64,000 nt of DNA from Eledone cirrhosa (Eukaryota), in NCBI GenBank assembly GCA_964016885.1, contig OZ024765.1, positions 3,410,001-3,474,000 on the forward strand. The letters run 5' to 3'. The notes below the pieces were generated by a model. It ran no database searches. It had not been told where the DNA came from and saw only the letters and a program-made list of their open reading frames with translations. The position numbers were made by a program, and so were the translations under genes. Positions 1 to 14,325 of this stretch are shown piece by piece (the stretch's first letter is position 1; each line of letters begins with the position of its first letter).

Positions 1-48
1 ATATTAAATGGCAGACGGACTCTATGAACACCGTGTATATGTATATAC

Positions 49-457
49 ATGGTGGCTGCCAACTCGTTTTCGAGTACGGCCACTACTTTATATCCATGTA
101 GGAGAACCCCTACTGATGTGCTGAACGAGTGTGACTTTTTAGTCCAGCCAGCGACTTGAAAACTCCGGTACAAACACTACACTTGTGACAATTATTGACA
201 CATAGTGCTGGGCCCATGGTACCATGTGACGACAAGTGCAGAGAGATCTCCAGATATAAAGCAATGCCTGTGCCGTGAAGCTTTTATAGTGAGCAAAGGC
301 ACTGCACAAAGCCAGTCCCACTCTCTTAACCAAGATGATATTTACTAAAAAGAACAAGTCAACATCATTGGATACCATCAGGGTTGCAGGTGTTACGTCA
401 GGGTTTTCCTTCTCCTAGAATTCTGCCTTGACAAAGGCTAAGGGGTCATCTCTCCCG
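49..457 (-). mobile_element. Truncated copy of the ~610-bp non-coding dispersed element (RTE-related?)
   Basis: Near-identical to 18707-19110, 56208-56620 and 57221-57626. Confidence 0.75.
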
Positions 458-562
458 TACACCTGATTTATATATAAATCAGGAGTACCCTAACTGGACT
501 ACACCTAAATGGACTACCTATAACAATAATCTGTTACCCCGTATATATATATATATATATAT

Positions 563-846
563 ATATCGAAGGTATATATTGAGTTAGAAACTCAAAATAG
601 TCTCTTACAATTAAATAGCTCAAAGACGTTTTTCTGAGACGTGTAATATAATTGAATATAAAAGCGAGATAAACACAGATATATGCATATATACTCCCTT
701 ACGATTTGAACACATATATGTATATATATGTGTTTATGTCTCTTTTATATTCAATTATATTACACGGCTCAGAAAAACGTCTTTCTTTGAGCTATTTAAT
801 CGTAAAAAACTATTTTGAGTTTCTAACTCAATATATATCTTTGATA
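563..846. repeat. Inverted repeat with ~125-bp arms
   Basis: 563-690 is the imperfect reverse complement of 716-846. Confidence 0.85.
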
Positions 847-1354
847 TCTACATGGAGCTTCTCAAAATGGTAAGGACCGTAGCAAACCAGCTTTCAAAAA
901 GAACGAGGTACGACGTCGTGCTCAGTCTGGTGATAGCAGTTGAGCAAGTACACCTCGGTCACCGAATCCTGTCAGCAAGTACGAGAAAGGAGATGTTTCC
1001 AATGAGAAAAGTGGGATACGTAAGAAATTCAATGGTAAACAGTGGCGTCGTCTGTGTCCCAAAGATGGTTTCACTAAAGAATCTCAAAGACGGGGTTATG
1101 TATGTATATGTATAGTGAGAAAGAGCCGCATATACAATATATATATATGTACAGAAGTGAAACCTTATAAAGAAACACAAAATTCTAAACTTATTCATTA
1201 TATGTATATATATATATATATACAAGTTGTATTTAATTTGTTGGAATTCCGACAAACAAAAATGTTTATAACTGATTTAGAGCACTCAACAAGTTACTGG
1301 AGTAAATATACCATGATATTAAATAAATGGAAACTATATTTATAAAACCATATT

Positions 1355-1419
1355 TATTTTATAATATATATTTCAAGGGCAACCAAGCCAATCTCGGTGC
1401 GCTTTCATCAGATAAAATA
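1355..1419 (-). ncRNA. Minimal type I hammerhead ribozyme (family B)
   Basis: TATTTTAT-CTGATGA-stem [22 protein letters not shown]; 8-bp stem I. Confidence 0.7.
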
Positions 1420-1487
1420 TCCATTGAATTTCCGCCCGATAAAGTATGATTTCCATGGGTACGTCTTTATTTATAAAACAAATTTTG

Positions 1488-1552
1488 TATTTTATCTGAT
1501 GAAAGCGCACCAAGATTGGCTTGGTTGCCCTTGAAATATATATAATAAAATA
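1488..1552 (+). ncRNA. Minimal type I hammerhead ribozyme (family B)
   Basis: TATTTTAT-CTGATGA-AAGCGCACCAAG/CTTGGTTGCCCTT-GAAA-TATATA-TA^ATAAAATA; predicted cut after 1544. Confidence 0.75.
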
Positions 1553-1663
1553 AATATGGTTTTATAAATATAGTTTCCATATATTTAATATCATGGTGTA
1601 TATATATATATATATATATATACACCATGATATTAAATAAATGGAAACTATATTTATAAAACC

Positions 1664-1708
<45 letters not shown>

Positions 1709-1760
1709 CATACACACAATGTGTGAATGTACACAACGTAATTTCGTTGGACTTATGATC

Positions 1761-1941
1761 ATAATTGTTTCTACTTTAGGCACAAGGCCAGCAATTAGCC
1801 AGTGCATTACTGGTACTTTATTTTATCGACCCCGTAAGGATGAAAGGCAAAGTAAACCTCGGCGGGATTTGAACTCAGATCGTAAAGGGACGTAACTATG
1901 CTGGAAAGCATGGCGTCCGACTCTCTACCGATACTGCCAAT
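1761..1941 (-). mobile_element. SINE family 1
   Basis: Reverse complement of 55676-55866. Confidence 0.85.
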
Positions 1942-2044
1942 GATCATAATGTCGTTGGTTTGATTCCTGGATTGTGTGGTATGTTGTGTTCTTTAGCAAA
2001 ACACTTTATCCCAGATTCCTCCAGTATACTCAGCTGAAAATAAG

Positions 2045-2752
2045 TACCAGTAGCAATAGCTGGTGGTTTAACCCTGCGATAGTCTGGTGCCCTATCCAGA
2101 GGGAAGTCTTGTATTCTCAGTCATTTCATGCCCCGGAAGCTGGGATTAGTACCAGCAATAGCTGGAGGTTTAAGTCTGCGAGGACTGGTGTCCTATCCAG
2201 AGGGAAGTCTTGTATTCTCAGTCATTTCATGCCCCGGAAGCTGGGATTAGTACCAGCAATAGCTGGAGGTTTAAGTCTGCGAGGACTGGTGTCCTATCCA
2301 GAGGGAAGTCTTGTATTCTCAGTCATTTCATGCCCCGGAAGCTGGGATTAGTACCAGCAATAGCTGGAGGTTTAAGTCTGCGAGGACTGGTGTCCTATCC
2401 AGAGGGAAGTCTTGTATTCTCAGTCATTTCATGCCCCGGAAGCTGGGATTAGTACCAACAATAGCTGGAGGTTTAAGTCTGCGAGGACTGGTGTCCTATC
2501 CAGAGGGAAGTCTTGTATTCTCGGTCATTTCATGCCCCGGAAGCTGGGATTAGTACCAGCAATAGCTGGAGGTTTAAGTCTGCGAGGACTGGTGTCCTAT
2601 CCAGAGGGAAGTCTTGTATTCTCGGTCATTTCATGCCCCGGAAGCTGGGATTAGTACCAGCAATAGCTGGAGGTTTAAGTCTGCGAAGACCGGTGTCCTA
2701 TCCAAGGGGAAGTCTTGTATTCTCAGTCATTTCATGCCCCGGAAGCTGGGAT
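2045..2752 (+). repeat. 101-bp tandem repeat, about 7 copies, expanded from a SINE 3' segment
   Basis: Period 101; preceded by a SINE head (1955-2045) and followed by diverged units to about 3020. Confidence 0.9.
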
Positions 2753-4440
2753 AAGAACCGGTCTGGTGAACCTCTGGGCTCGAAACAGACCTTAACCCTG
2801 CGATGGACTAGCGTCCTGTCCAGTGGGGCGTCTTGAATTTTCAGTCGCTTTGCACCAAGGAAACTGGGATAAGTATCAGTAATAGCTGGAGGGTTTAACT
2901 CTGCTGGAGTGGTGTCCTGTCCAGGAGGAAGTCTTGTACACTGTCGCTTCGTCACGAGGCTCGCGACAGGGTCACCCCTGCGATGGACTGGTGTCCTGTC
3001 CCGTGGGGAGGCGTCTTAATCAGCCTCTGGACTACAGTTTCTCTAGACTTAGACAGTGTGTGTTGCAACCGGAGCCTCCTGGTCTCACCGTCATCCGTTT
3101 GTCCCCCAACCACGCCAACCACGTCACCTTTTATCACAAAAGATAAAATTACTGTACTATATATCACAGAGGTTACTTTACCACCACTACTATCACCAAC
3201 ACCACTACTGCCACTAACACCACCACTACTATCACCAACGCCACTAACACCACCACAACCATCAATAACCATTATTATACGGGGTCGATAGAATAAAGTA
3301 CCAGTAATGCACTGGGTATTTGCTGGCCTTGTGCCTAAAGTAGAAACAATTATCATCACTAACTACCAATACCGCTACTACCACTACTACCACCACCAGC
3401 AAGAACTCTGTGGTTCCTCCAGACTGCTAGAAATAACAGTCAAATGATGTTGTTGAGAGTCGTTTTAGACCAGATGAGGTTAACGCACAAGTGGCTGAGC
3501 ATTCCAGACGTGTACACTAGTTCACAGGGAGATTCAGTATGACTGTGACAAGGCTGAACCTTTGAATTACAGGTACAGTACACCCCTTAAGATAGTTGTG
3601 AGGGAGATTCGGTGACAACCATTTTCTTTTTTTCGTCGTTCACGTCCTGTACCGTATGAAGCCACATCAGCAAGACATTCTTGACCAACAATTTTGGGGT
3701 GAAAAGTCGATTAAATAGACCCCAATGTATTACTGGTACTTTATTTTATCGAAACCTCAGGATGAAAGGCAAAGGGCCATAACTCTATGTCACAAAGAAA
3801 AAGAATTCGTTTTGTAATTTATATTTAATTTTATTTCACAAAAAATGACAAAATGAAACAAACGTAATTAAAACAGGAGAAAATAACCCAATTGTATTTT
3901 TACAGCAATTAATAATAATAATAATAATTAGTTAATTGGGTTTTTAAACATTGGTCAGAAGGAAAATATTTTCGGTACAAAATAAAATAAAAAATTAATT
4001 TTTTAATTTTAATTCTTCTCAGATGGAAATTTGAGAGAAATTTTGTAATATTTCCAAAACAAATTACAAAACATTGAAATACTGACCAAAATTAAGTTAA
4101 TTAATTAAGAGAGAAATTGAAGGCAATTTACTTATCTGTAATAAATATCTTGTTTTGTTTGTTTTTAGTTATTTTTTTTTATTTTTTCTTTATTACTATT
4201 TATTAATTTTTGCATAAGTTAAGTTGAAACAAATAATTTATTAAAATTAGCACAGGATTATTTTTTTGTGTGTTTTACACCTTTTTTTTTTATTAATTAA
4301 TTAATATTTAAGATAAATACGAACTGAAGAAGTGAATGGGTTTTTTAGCCAGTGTGTGAGTGTGAGTGTGTGTGTATCTGTAGCCGTGTAAGTGCGCGCA
4401 TATTTATCATAAATATACATATTTATCATATATAAATATA

Positions 4441-4517
4441 TATTGGGCCGTCAAGTATGAAATTTGGAGAATTTCATACTTAGAAAAAACATTTCTATAA
4501 ATTTCATACTTGACGGC

Positions 4518-4523
<6 letters not shown>
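4441..4523. repeat. Short inverted repeat
   Basis: TATTGGGCCGTCAAGTATGAAATTT / AAATTTCATACTTGACGGCCCAATA. Confidence 0.85.
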
Positions 4524-4555
<32 letters not shown>

Positions 4556-5650
4556 AACACACACACACACTCAGAGATGGGGGGGGGGGGGGTCAAAGAA
4601 AAGAAAGTTAATTTAATTTTAACATTAAAAAAGAAAAGAAATTAACCTACAAAAAAACACAAAGTGGAGAATTAAGAATGCAGATTAATTAGTTGAGGGC
4701 GGGGGAAAGGTACCCCTCGACCCCCATAATATATTTGAGTGGATATCAAATGTTTTGGCAGCAAAACAGAAAAAACTTGGCTGCCTTAATACGCATACAA
4801 TTGTTTGAATATATATACATACATATACACATACGCGCACACACATATCAGCAGCAAAATGCACTGTTTAAAAAAAAAAAAAAAAAAAAAAAAAGCTGTT
4901 ACATAAAACGCAGACAGTTGCATTCTTACTTCAGCCACTTTCAGGCGTGCAATTTCGTGCATAACTATTGTATCTAACCTCATGTATCAGCTCACTCAAC
5001 AAAAAAAAAAAAAGAAAAAAACATTCTATCAAATTACATCACACCCACCCACTACGGTTAAATAAAATAAAATAACCACCTCACATACTAAGTGATATTT
5101 TAGTATAACGAGGAGGAGAGGAAGGAAGACAGAAGACAAAAGAGAATTTTGTTGTAAGTTCATTTTTCTTCAGTTTTTTTTTTTAAAGAATGAAATAAAT
5201 ATTAAATAAATAACGAAATAAATAGAAAAATCTCGGGGAGGAAAAAAAAAAAGGAACATTGTATTATTTTTTTTCAATTTAAAATTGAGGTGGGGATTGG
5301 GCGTTTAAGGGCCACATCTGGGGAAGGGTTAGCTGGTTAGAATTAGAATGATCCGATGATGGATAGGAAGTAGGGGAGGTAACCATGCTTCATAGTCTAA
5401 AGTGAGGTGTGTGGGAGGGACTAAAGAAACAAGGTTTACTTTAGCCCCTGTTTCCCTTCCCTTAAGTTAATACTAGCTCTCAGTTACAATGTGAAAGAAG
5501 GGTATTTATTTATTTATACTCAAGAACACAAGAGGCCCGCGCAGTTCAGGAATCGAACCCACGACCTTAATTATCGTTTCAGTTCAATACACCTAACCAA
5601 CGGGTCACACACCCCACTCCATGCATGACTCAAAATTATATTAGGTAATA

Positions 5651-5835
5651 TAATTGTTTCTACTTTTGGCACAAGGCCAGCAATAACCCAGTGTATTACT
5701 GGTACTTTATTTTATCGACCCCGTAAGGATGAAAGGCAAGGTTAACCTCGGCGGAATTTGAACCCAGATCGTAAAGGGCCGTAACTATGCGTCAAAGCAT
5801 GGCGTCCGACTCTCTACCGATACTGCCAACCCACC
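5651..5835 (-). mobile_element. SINE family 1
   Basis: Reverse complement of 55676-55866. Confidence 0.85.
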
Positions 5836-6723
5836 ACTGAAAGGGTAAGGTGGGGTGGGAAAAGGGGGGTAGCCAGGAATAAATCCAGCAAAGGCGCCTT
5901 ACTATAAAATAGTTTAAATGATGCAACGAACATTTTAAAATTGGCAGCCCTACATTCTACAAGTGGCTGCCCCTTTAAAAAAAGGGGAGGGGGGCAAATA
6001 CAAGTCACTAAGCTCTGTATGTATTATATATATATATATATATGTTACAGATTGATATATATATATACATACACCAGAGGAAAGATTTAAATAATCTTTA
6101 AAAGGAGCCAGACTTTAAGGGCCAAGAATGCCCCTCCCAACCCACAATCTAACTAGTGAAAGGTTTGGTTCACAATGTGGGCTGCCTACCTTATTTTACC
6201 TGCCATTAAATGAAGCTCAACCATATATGGCACCGCTACTGTAACTAGGGAATGAGGTTTACAAGGCACTCGTTTAATTGGTCCCCATTATTTTAGCAGT
6301 TCAAGTCCTTCCGTAAAAGATAATGGTTTACATCTAAAGGTTTCTATGCTAAAAGAGAACGAGCCCTAGTTAAAAGGACACCGGGGTAGCATACATGCAT
6401 GGGAAAAGAGAGGAGACTGACCCAGATGAGAGAGGGCATTGTGAATGGGAGGTACGAGAAAGGGAGGGTATTTTATGCAAAGATGGTCAGGGTGGCAGGG
6501 TAGAAATGTGCAAGGGGATGTATGTCAAAGAGTTAAAAACATATGGGCTTCATACAGATATCAGATATTTTAAAATAAGTACATGATGGGGAAGCATTAA
6601 TTCAAATATAAACATCTAGATATACATACATGTAGCGTATATAGATGATATATGTTAGTGTGTACATATACGTGTACACACCACGTGTAATATATATTTC
6701 ACACACACACACACCGACATATA

Positions 6724-6886
6724 TTAACCCTTTAGCATTTAAACCGACCGTAACCGGCCACTCATACTTATGTTAAGGTATTGTTCTTGAAATAAATATC
6801 AAAATCTCGATATTATGTGAGATAAAGCCTTTACCATGAAAATACAATAGTAAATATAGAGAGGAATGTAAATGCTAAAGGGTTGA
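6724..6886. mobile_element. piggyBac-type MITE
   Basis: TTAA-CCCTTTAGCATTTA ... TAAATGCTAAAGGG-TTGA terminal inverted repeats. Confidence 0.65.
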
Positions 6887-7049
6887 GGGTGTTTAAAATG
6901 CATAACAGGAAAGGGGCAGATAGAAACGTGAGGATATATATGAAACTTCTTTTAAAAAAAAAAAATTTAAAAAAAAGTTTTAAATTAAAAAAGACGAAAA
7001 ATAAAGCTCATTTTATATCCTCCATCTTCCTGCTTTCAAAAATAAAATA

Positions 7050-7112
7050 TTTTTGTTTTGGTATCTGTGGTAAACCATTCTCTCAAAAAGGTTCATTGAC
7101 TTATCACAAATA
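7050..7112 (+). pseudogene. Single decayed C2H2 zinc-finger remnant
   Basis: CFGICGKPFSQKGSLTYHK; second His and TGEKP linker are missing. Confidence 0.5.
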
Positions 7113-7636
7113 TAGGAGGAAGAAAGATATAATATTTACACAGAAAAATATAAATTGATAATATATTTTTTAATTTAGGATTGGTCCCATAATTTAAAAT
7201 TTAGGGAGGAGATACTAGACACAAGGCCATGTTTCCAAGGTTTTAAAATCAAAAAGCACGGGGTTATTGTGTTGGCAGAAGACATTTTAAAATAATATAT
7301 ATATAATATATATATATAAAGTGAACCCAAAGCATTTTCGGAATCGTAAATATCTTCCACGATTTTTTAATGGCTTTTATTCGTGGCAATATATTTTTAC
7401 GGTTTTTTTTCAAGCTAAATTATTAATATAACAATATACCGTATTTTCCGGCCTATATTATAGGTCATGCTTTGACATTGACATTTTTACGGCCCACGTA
7501 ATAACCGTGGGTGTTCTAGGAACATAACTAACCCCCACGAATACCAGGGGACAACTGTATATATAAATATATATATATTTTTATTTTTAAATGATAATTA
7601 TATCAACTAGAATGTGTTAAGATCGGTGGGAATTTT

Positions 7637-7678
<42 letters not shown>

Positions 7679-8009
7679 ATATGTGGTCCCCTTTGCACCT
7701 AAAACTTTAAATCTCGACCCGACTTCCTCCAAAAAGTTTAGAAGAAAAAAAAAAAAAAAAAAAAATGTTCAACCCCTAAAAAACTGAATCACCACCTATA
7801 AGCAGCACCATCCACTTTACCACATCTCACCTCCCTATTTTGGTCCCATAGAAGAAAATTGTGGAGAAAAATCTTGAGAAATACATTTTTTTTCTTTAAA
7901 TATATTTAAGTGTATTTTAGGAGGGAGGGAGATGCGGTGGTGTGGGTTTGTTTCTAAAGTCATCACCAAAGTAAACATTAAACTCACATGATTGTATGCA
8001 TTTACATAT

Positions 8010-8082
<73 letters not shown>

Positions 8083-8520
8083 AGCCCTGAAAACCCAGCA
8101 AAATTTAAGGAGGTCTCCCTTAATTTACACAATAAAAAAAATATATAATAATAATAATAAAGTAAAATGATAGAGCGGCTCCAATCCCATATCAAATATT
8201 ACATACAAAGTGGTCCCTTTTCTGAAATGGAAGGAGTGCCCGTTCATTTTTATAAGGTACTGGTTTGATTTTAACATGTTTAAAAGCAATGATGATTATA
8301 TATATTTTCTAAAAAGCCCCTATAAATAATTATAGAGCAAACCCCAGTCCATCCGCCCCACCACCAAATAAAAAAAAACCCTTTAAATATATGACAAGCT
8401 TCCTGTCTATTTACATTCCAAATTATACTACCCTGTTACAGCCCAGAGAATAAGAGAACCCCAGATTGTTAACTTATTAAAAACCAGTGTTGCATAATTA
8501 ATTATGTATCTGTGCAAATG

Positions 8521-8552
<32 letters not shown>

Positions 8553-8557
8553 TGCAA

Positions 8558-9110
8558 GGGTGGACTGAAAGATTCATAGGCCAACTATGAAGGAATGATG
8601 CTAGAGCTGTGAAATCTTGCATGCATTAATTTCAACTCACATCTGACTGTCCAAAGAAGACTTCAAAATGTAACTAGCAGCGACTTCTCTTGAAAATGTA
8701 CAAAATTAGACAGTGATGTTATTCTGCAGAAAAAGGGGTTTATTTAGCTTAGCCCCTAAGAACATTCGTGCTAACATGGTTGTCACACTGGGAGACGACT
8801 CTCCAGGTTTACCAACAGTGCTAAAAGTGAGCAAATGAATTTAGGAGGAGAAGAAGATAGTCTTAAAGATGACCCCCGTGGGGTGGACATCCTGCAACTG
8901 CAACCTCTGATAGTGTTCACCACCTACATAATGATGATGGTGGCAGGCGGTTGACTATAAATCCAATAGCCAATGTTATTGGCATATCCCGTGAGAGAGT
9001 TGAGAATATTCTGCACAAACTTGGCATGACAAAAGTCTCTGCTAGGTGGGTGTCACATCACATGACACCAGATCACATGACACCATGTTGATCACATCAC
9101 AAGAAACTCA
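8558..9110 (+). mobile_element. Decayed mariner transposon 5' part
   Basis: TIR-like start, then fragments SLKDDPR..RRLTINPIANVIGISRERVENILH..LGMTKVSARWVSH (WVPHEL-type motif) with frameshifts. Confidence 0.8.
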
Positions 9111-9211
9111 GTCATTCCTTACACACTAATATTAATTAATAAATAGATGATAAAACTCAGTCATTCCTTACACACTAATATTAATTAATAAATAGATGAT
9201 AAATAAATATT

Positions 9212-9388
9212 AATATTGGTTTCTGATTTAGGCACACAAGACCAACACTTTGAGGGAGGAAAATCGATTAAATCAACCCAAGTGCATTACTGGTACTTTA
9301 TTTATCGACCACCCGTAAGGACGAAAGGCAAAGCGGGGTTTGAACTCAGAACGTAAAGGGCCGTAACTATGCCGCTAAGCATGCCAAT
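9212..9388 (-). mobile_element. SINE family 1
   Basis: Diverged copy; further fragments at 9400-9625 and 10605-10705. Confidence 0.75.
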
Positions 9389-9904
9389 GAATTGTAACAA
9401 AACACCAATAATTTTAAAAAGAGGAGGAAGTCAATTAAATCAACCCCAGTATATGACTGGTACTTCCATTTTATCGATCCCCTTAACCTTCAGAAGGATG
9501 AATTATTAACAATTGCCTCCCTTGACACTTATGAATTAAGGGGTGATTACTCTAATGGTGCATTTGGTCACCTACAGCACCAAGAGGGTTAAGGACTAAA
9601 GGCAAATTTAACCTTGGCAGGAATATTAATTGATAATAAATAAATAATATTTCCTTATTTCGGTGGGTTGTTTTGGAAGTAGGGGAGAGTTTCCTTAAAT
9701 TTTGCTCTTTCTTGGTCCCTGTGATTTTTACCCTTTGAATAATACAAGAATATAAATAATTAGGTTAACATAATAAATATATATTAAAATGTTTTATAAA
9801 TTAAGTTTGATTAAAATCGGCATCATAAAGAAAATAGAAGACTTGTGTCTCGAAATATCAGATTTAGAGAATATAAAGGTTAAATGAAACATGCCTTGCC
9901 TGCA

Positions 9905-10217
9905 TAATATACATACATACATACATACATACACTAATATATATATACATACATACACTAACATATCTATATACATACATACATACACTAACATATATAT
10001 ACATATATATATACATACATACATACATACATACATACACTAATATATATATACATATACATACACTAACATATATACATATGCATACACTAACATATAT
10101 ATATACATACACTAATATATATATATATATATACATACATACATACACTAACATATATATATACATACACTAATATATATATATATATATATACATACAT
10201 ACATACATACATACACT

Positions 10218-10273
<56 letters not shown>

Positions 10274-10292
10274 CACTAATATATATATATAC

Positions 10293-10345
<53 letters not shown>

Positions 10346-10405
10346 CACTAATATATATATACATATATATATATATACAATATATATATATATATACACA
10401 TATAC
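9905..10405. repeat. Compound (TA)/(TACA) microsatellite
   Basis: Direct inspection. Confidence 0.9.
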
Positions 10406-10841
10406 AGTAAACATGGCTATTGAAGAATTTCTCCCCCTTATCTTAAGTAAAATTTGCAAGCGAAAGGGGGAAAGTGAAGTAAATATCCCTTCATCCATTA
10501 GCAGGGGACATAACGGTGAGATTTGGGGAAGGGGATATGTTAGGACTTAATATTTGCTCGAGACAATTAGGTTGGTTTTAAACCCCTTCCTGTTTATATT
10601 AAGGTAATGGTTTCTGATTTAGGCACCACAAACAAGGCCGACAATTTCGGGGAGGACAAAATCGATTAAATTACCCCAGTACATTACCGGTACTTTCATT
10701 TATGCTAATAATTAAACAAGATAAATATTAGATTACTACTAGAGAATTCATTACAAGAGCACTGGAGGCCCTAGATAGGAGCTGGGGTTGACAACCTATA
10801 GCCAAATGTGTGTGTATATATAGTGTATGTGTGTATATATA

Positions 10842-10888
<47 letters not shown>

Positions 10889-12274
10889 TAGGGGTGCAGT
10901 AGGGGGTAAGGAGAAAATGGGGGGGGGGGGCATTCAACTGGTGGGAAGATATGGTTGGTGAGAGAGACATGGATATTTTAATTGAAATAACTTCAAATCT
11001 AGTCAAAGAAAGGTGTGTAGCGGATGAAAAGGGACACAGGGGCCAGGACAGTTATTTAGAGTGGAAAAAAAAAAAAAAAGATATTTAAAACTTAAATTAC
11101 AGTTAAATAATATAATATAATATAATAGACATATGTATATATACATACATGTGTATATATATATTTAAAAGAATAGATCAGAGCAAACATCACGGACACT
11201 ATCTCAAAATTATTCTTGAAAAGCATTAGAAATGCGCAACCGGTAAAACTTAAAACCAAAACTTAATACTAACCAATACTATTACTAATTCTCACTTTTT
11301 CCTAATTAAACTATTTTTCACTGTGAACAATTTGTCAGCATTTTCTATTCCGTTTACCAATATATATATATATATGTATATATCTACACTTGCTAATTGA
11401 AAAATGTATACAATATAATGAAGGAAAAAAAAGGAAAAAGACACAAAAGGTAAAATTACAAAAAAAAGCAAAAAAAAAAAAATATGTCATTTGAAACAAG
11501 TCTCCACCGCCACCTTCAAATACTAAGGTGGGGTGTGGGGGGGATTTCCCACCTATCCACCCCTTTGGAGCAGTAAGGTGGTGTTGGGGGACAGGGGGCT
11601 GGTACCATGTGTGACCCCCTCCCCCAAGGCAGTATGGAAGGAAAGGAGGGACAAGGGTGGTGACATAAGTAGGACCCCCCCCTTCACTACAGAACAGTAA
11701 GGTGGTATGGAAGGGAAGGACAAGGGTGGTGACAATGTAGGACTCCCACCTCCACAACAGAACAGTAAGGTGGTATGGAGAGGAGGCAGGGGGGAAAAAG
11801 GGGGTGGCACCATAAATGTATGGCCCCCACCCCACCACCAAAAGCAGAGTGGTATAGAGGGGAGGGTTACCATAACATACGACCTTCCCCACCTCCAGAA
11901 CAGTGAAGTGGCCTGGGAGGAAGGGGACCATACAAAACAGGGTTTTTTAAAATCCAAAATTAAATAATTATAAATAAAGCACCTTTTTTTTTATTTATAT
12001 TTTTTGTGTTGGTTTGTTTGAAATTTTGTTGTCATATTTAAATAAATAAAATAAATTAACGGGAACATGTATAATTTAATTTAAGGCATGAAAGAAAGGA
12101 GAAAAAAGAGAAGAGGAAAGGACAGGGATTGCAGAGAGAGAGATGAAGGGGGGAGAGAAGGATGAGGTTTTGAATTTACCCCAAACCCTCACCCCATTCT
12201 CTTCAGTAGAAATTAAATGCAACTCCTACTAGAGACCCTTAGGTAGATGTGGTCGGGTAAACTGCCCTTCATTC

Positions 12275-12980
12275 ATATATATATATATACATACATACAC
12301 ACATACATACGTATGCATATATATATACATATACACATATATATATATATATATATACACACACATGCATATATATACACACATGCATATATATACATAC
12401 ATGCATATATATACACATGCATATATATACACACATGCATATATATACATACATATACACACATATGCATATATATACATACACACATATGCATATATAT
12501 ACATACACATACATATGTATACACACATATGCATATATATACATACACACATATGCATATATATACATACACATATATATATATATATATACACACATAT
12601 GCATATATATAGATACATATATATACATACATATGCATATATATACACATATGCATATATATACATATATATACACACATGCATATATATACACATATGC
12701 ATATATATACATATATATACACACATGCATATATATACATATATATACACACATGCATATATATACATACATATGCATATATATACATATATATACACAC
12801 ATATGCATATATATACACACATATGCATATATATACACACATATGCATATATATACACACACATATGCATATATATACATATATATACACACATATGCAT
12901 ATATATACATACATATATATATATATATACATATATATACACACATATGCATATATATACATACATATATACACACATGG
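12275..12980. repeat. Compound ATATACAC/ATGC microsatellite
   Basis: Direct inspection; explains the ORF cluster here. Confidence 0.9.
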
Positions 12981-13050
12981 TGAGGGCAATTTCCCTTTTT
13001 TAAATACATCAATATATAAAGAAAGAAAAAAAAAATACATGCATATAAGC

Positions 13051-13101
<51 letters not shown>

Positions 13102-13282
13102 TATGTATATATATTATATAGTATAAACTTGATATGTGGCAAAGGAGCAAGAATTGTGTGCAGTATATATGAAGGGTCAATTATTGTGTGTATATATGTA
13201 GAGATAGAGAGAGGCCTCCATTTTCATAAAGGGACCCTCAGATTTTTTGGATCTTCAATGGAAACCAGGGTTTTTTTTTCTT

Positions 13283-13505
13283 AATAATAATGGTTTCTGA
13301 TTTAGGCACAAGGCCAAACAAATTTTTTTTTTGGTGGGGGGGGGGGGGGTGACTAAATCGGTCCCAGTGCATTACTGGTACTCTTTATTTTATCAACCCC
13401 TATAAAGATGGAAAGGTAAAGTTATCTTCAGTGGGAACTCAGAACGTAAAGAACTGTAACAATATGCCACAAAGCATGTTGTCTGACACTCTACTGATTC
13501 TGCTA
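13283..13505 (-). mobile_element. SINE family 1
   Basis: Diverged copy 0.9 kb downstream of the Tis11 stop. Confidence 0.75.
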
Positions 13506-14228
13506 ATAATTGTTTAATGTTCATTAGAGGGTCAGGTGAAATTTTTATTTCTAAAAAAAATAGGGTTTAAAATGAAATGATTTTGGGTGTGGTATGGGGA
13601 GGGGGGGAAGAGGAGAGAAAAGTTTATTTATTCAGAATTATAAATTAGAATTAAAAGAAAAAAAATGTGAAAAAATTTAACGGGGTTTTTGAAATGATTT
13701 TTTTTTTCCACACATATATAGATATATATATTTAATATACAAAGGGGGGAAAAAAAATGACCTTCATGTGGGAACAAGAGATGAGGGACCCCTAATTCAG
13801 AGGAGACACACAAAAAATTTAATCAGATATATATTATATGTATGTATATGTGTAGTATTTATGTATATATGTCGTACGTACATACATACATACATACGTA
13901 CGTACGTATGTATGTATGTGAGCATGTTGCCAAATGTTTTTTTTTTTTTTAAATGGAAGTCTGGTAAATATATATATATATGGGTATATGTGTAATATGT
14001 ATGCTTGTGTTAACATAACTAAATGTTTTTAGTTTTTATGTCTGTCTAAGGCAGAAAAGTTTTCAAGAGCATTAAAAAAAAAAAAAAAAAAATGGATGAC
14101 AGCTTCACAAAACAATCATAAGAGAATTTTTCCTTCTTTTACAAGAGAGTGACTTCCTTTGTCTCTTCCTAGAAAACTTTCTTTTTCTTTCTACATGTCT
14201 GTCTCTTAGAAACCTCATGTTCATTCAT

Positions 14229-14263
<35 letters not shown>

Positions 14264-14325
14264 ACTCATCTCTCTCTCGCTCTGTCAGTCTCTTTCCTTC
14301 TCTTGAGAAAACAAACAAAAGCAGT

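Noticed and set aside
2045-2752. CRISPR-like look of regular repeats (also 36375-37156, 47330-47855)
   Set aside because: No unique spacers, no cas genes, eukaryotic context.
12229-13284. Long YI/CV/HT-rich ORFs here, at 22117-23548 and elsewhere
   Set aside because: Stop-free translations of dinucleotide microsatellites, open in many frames.
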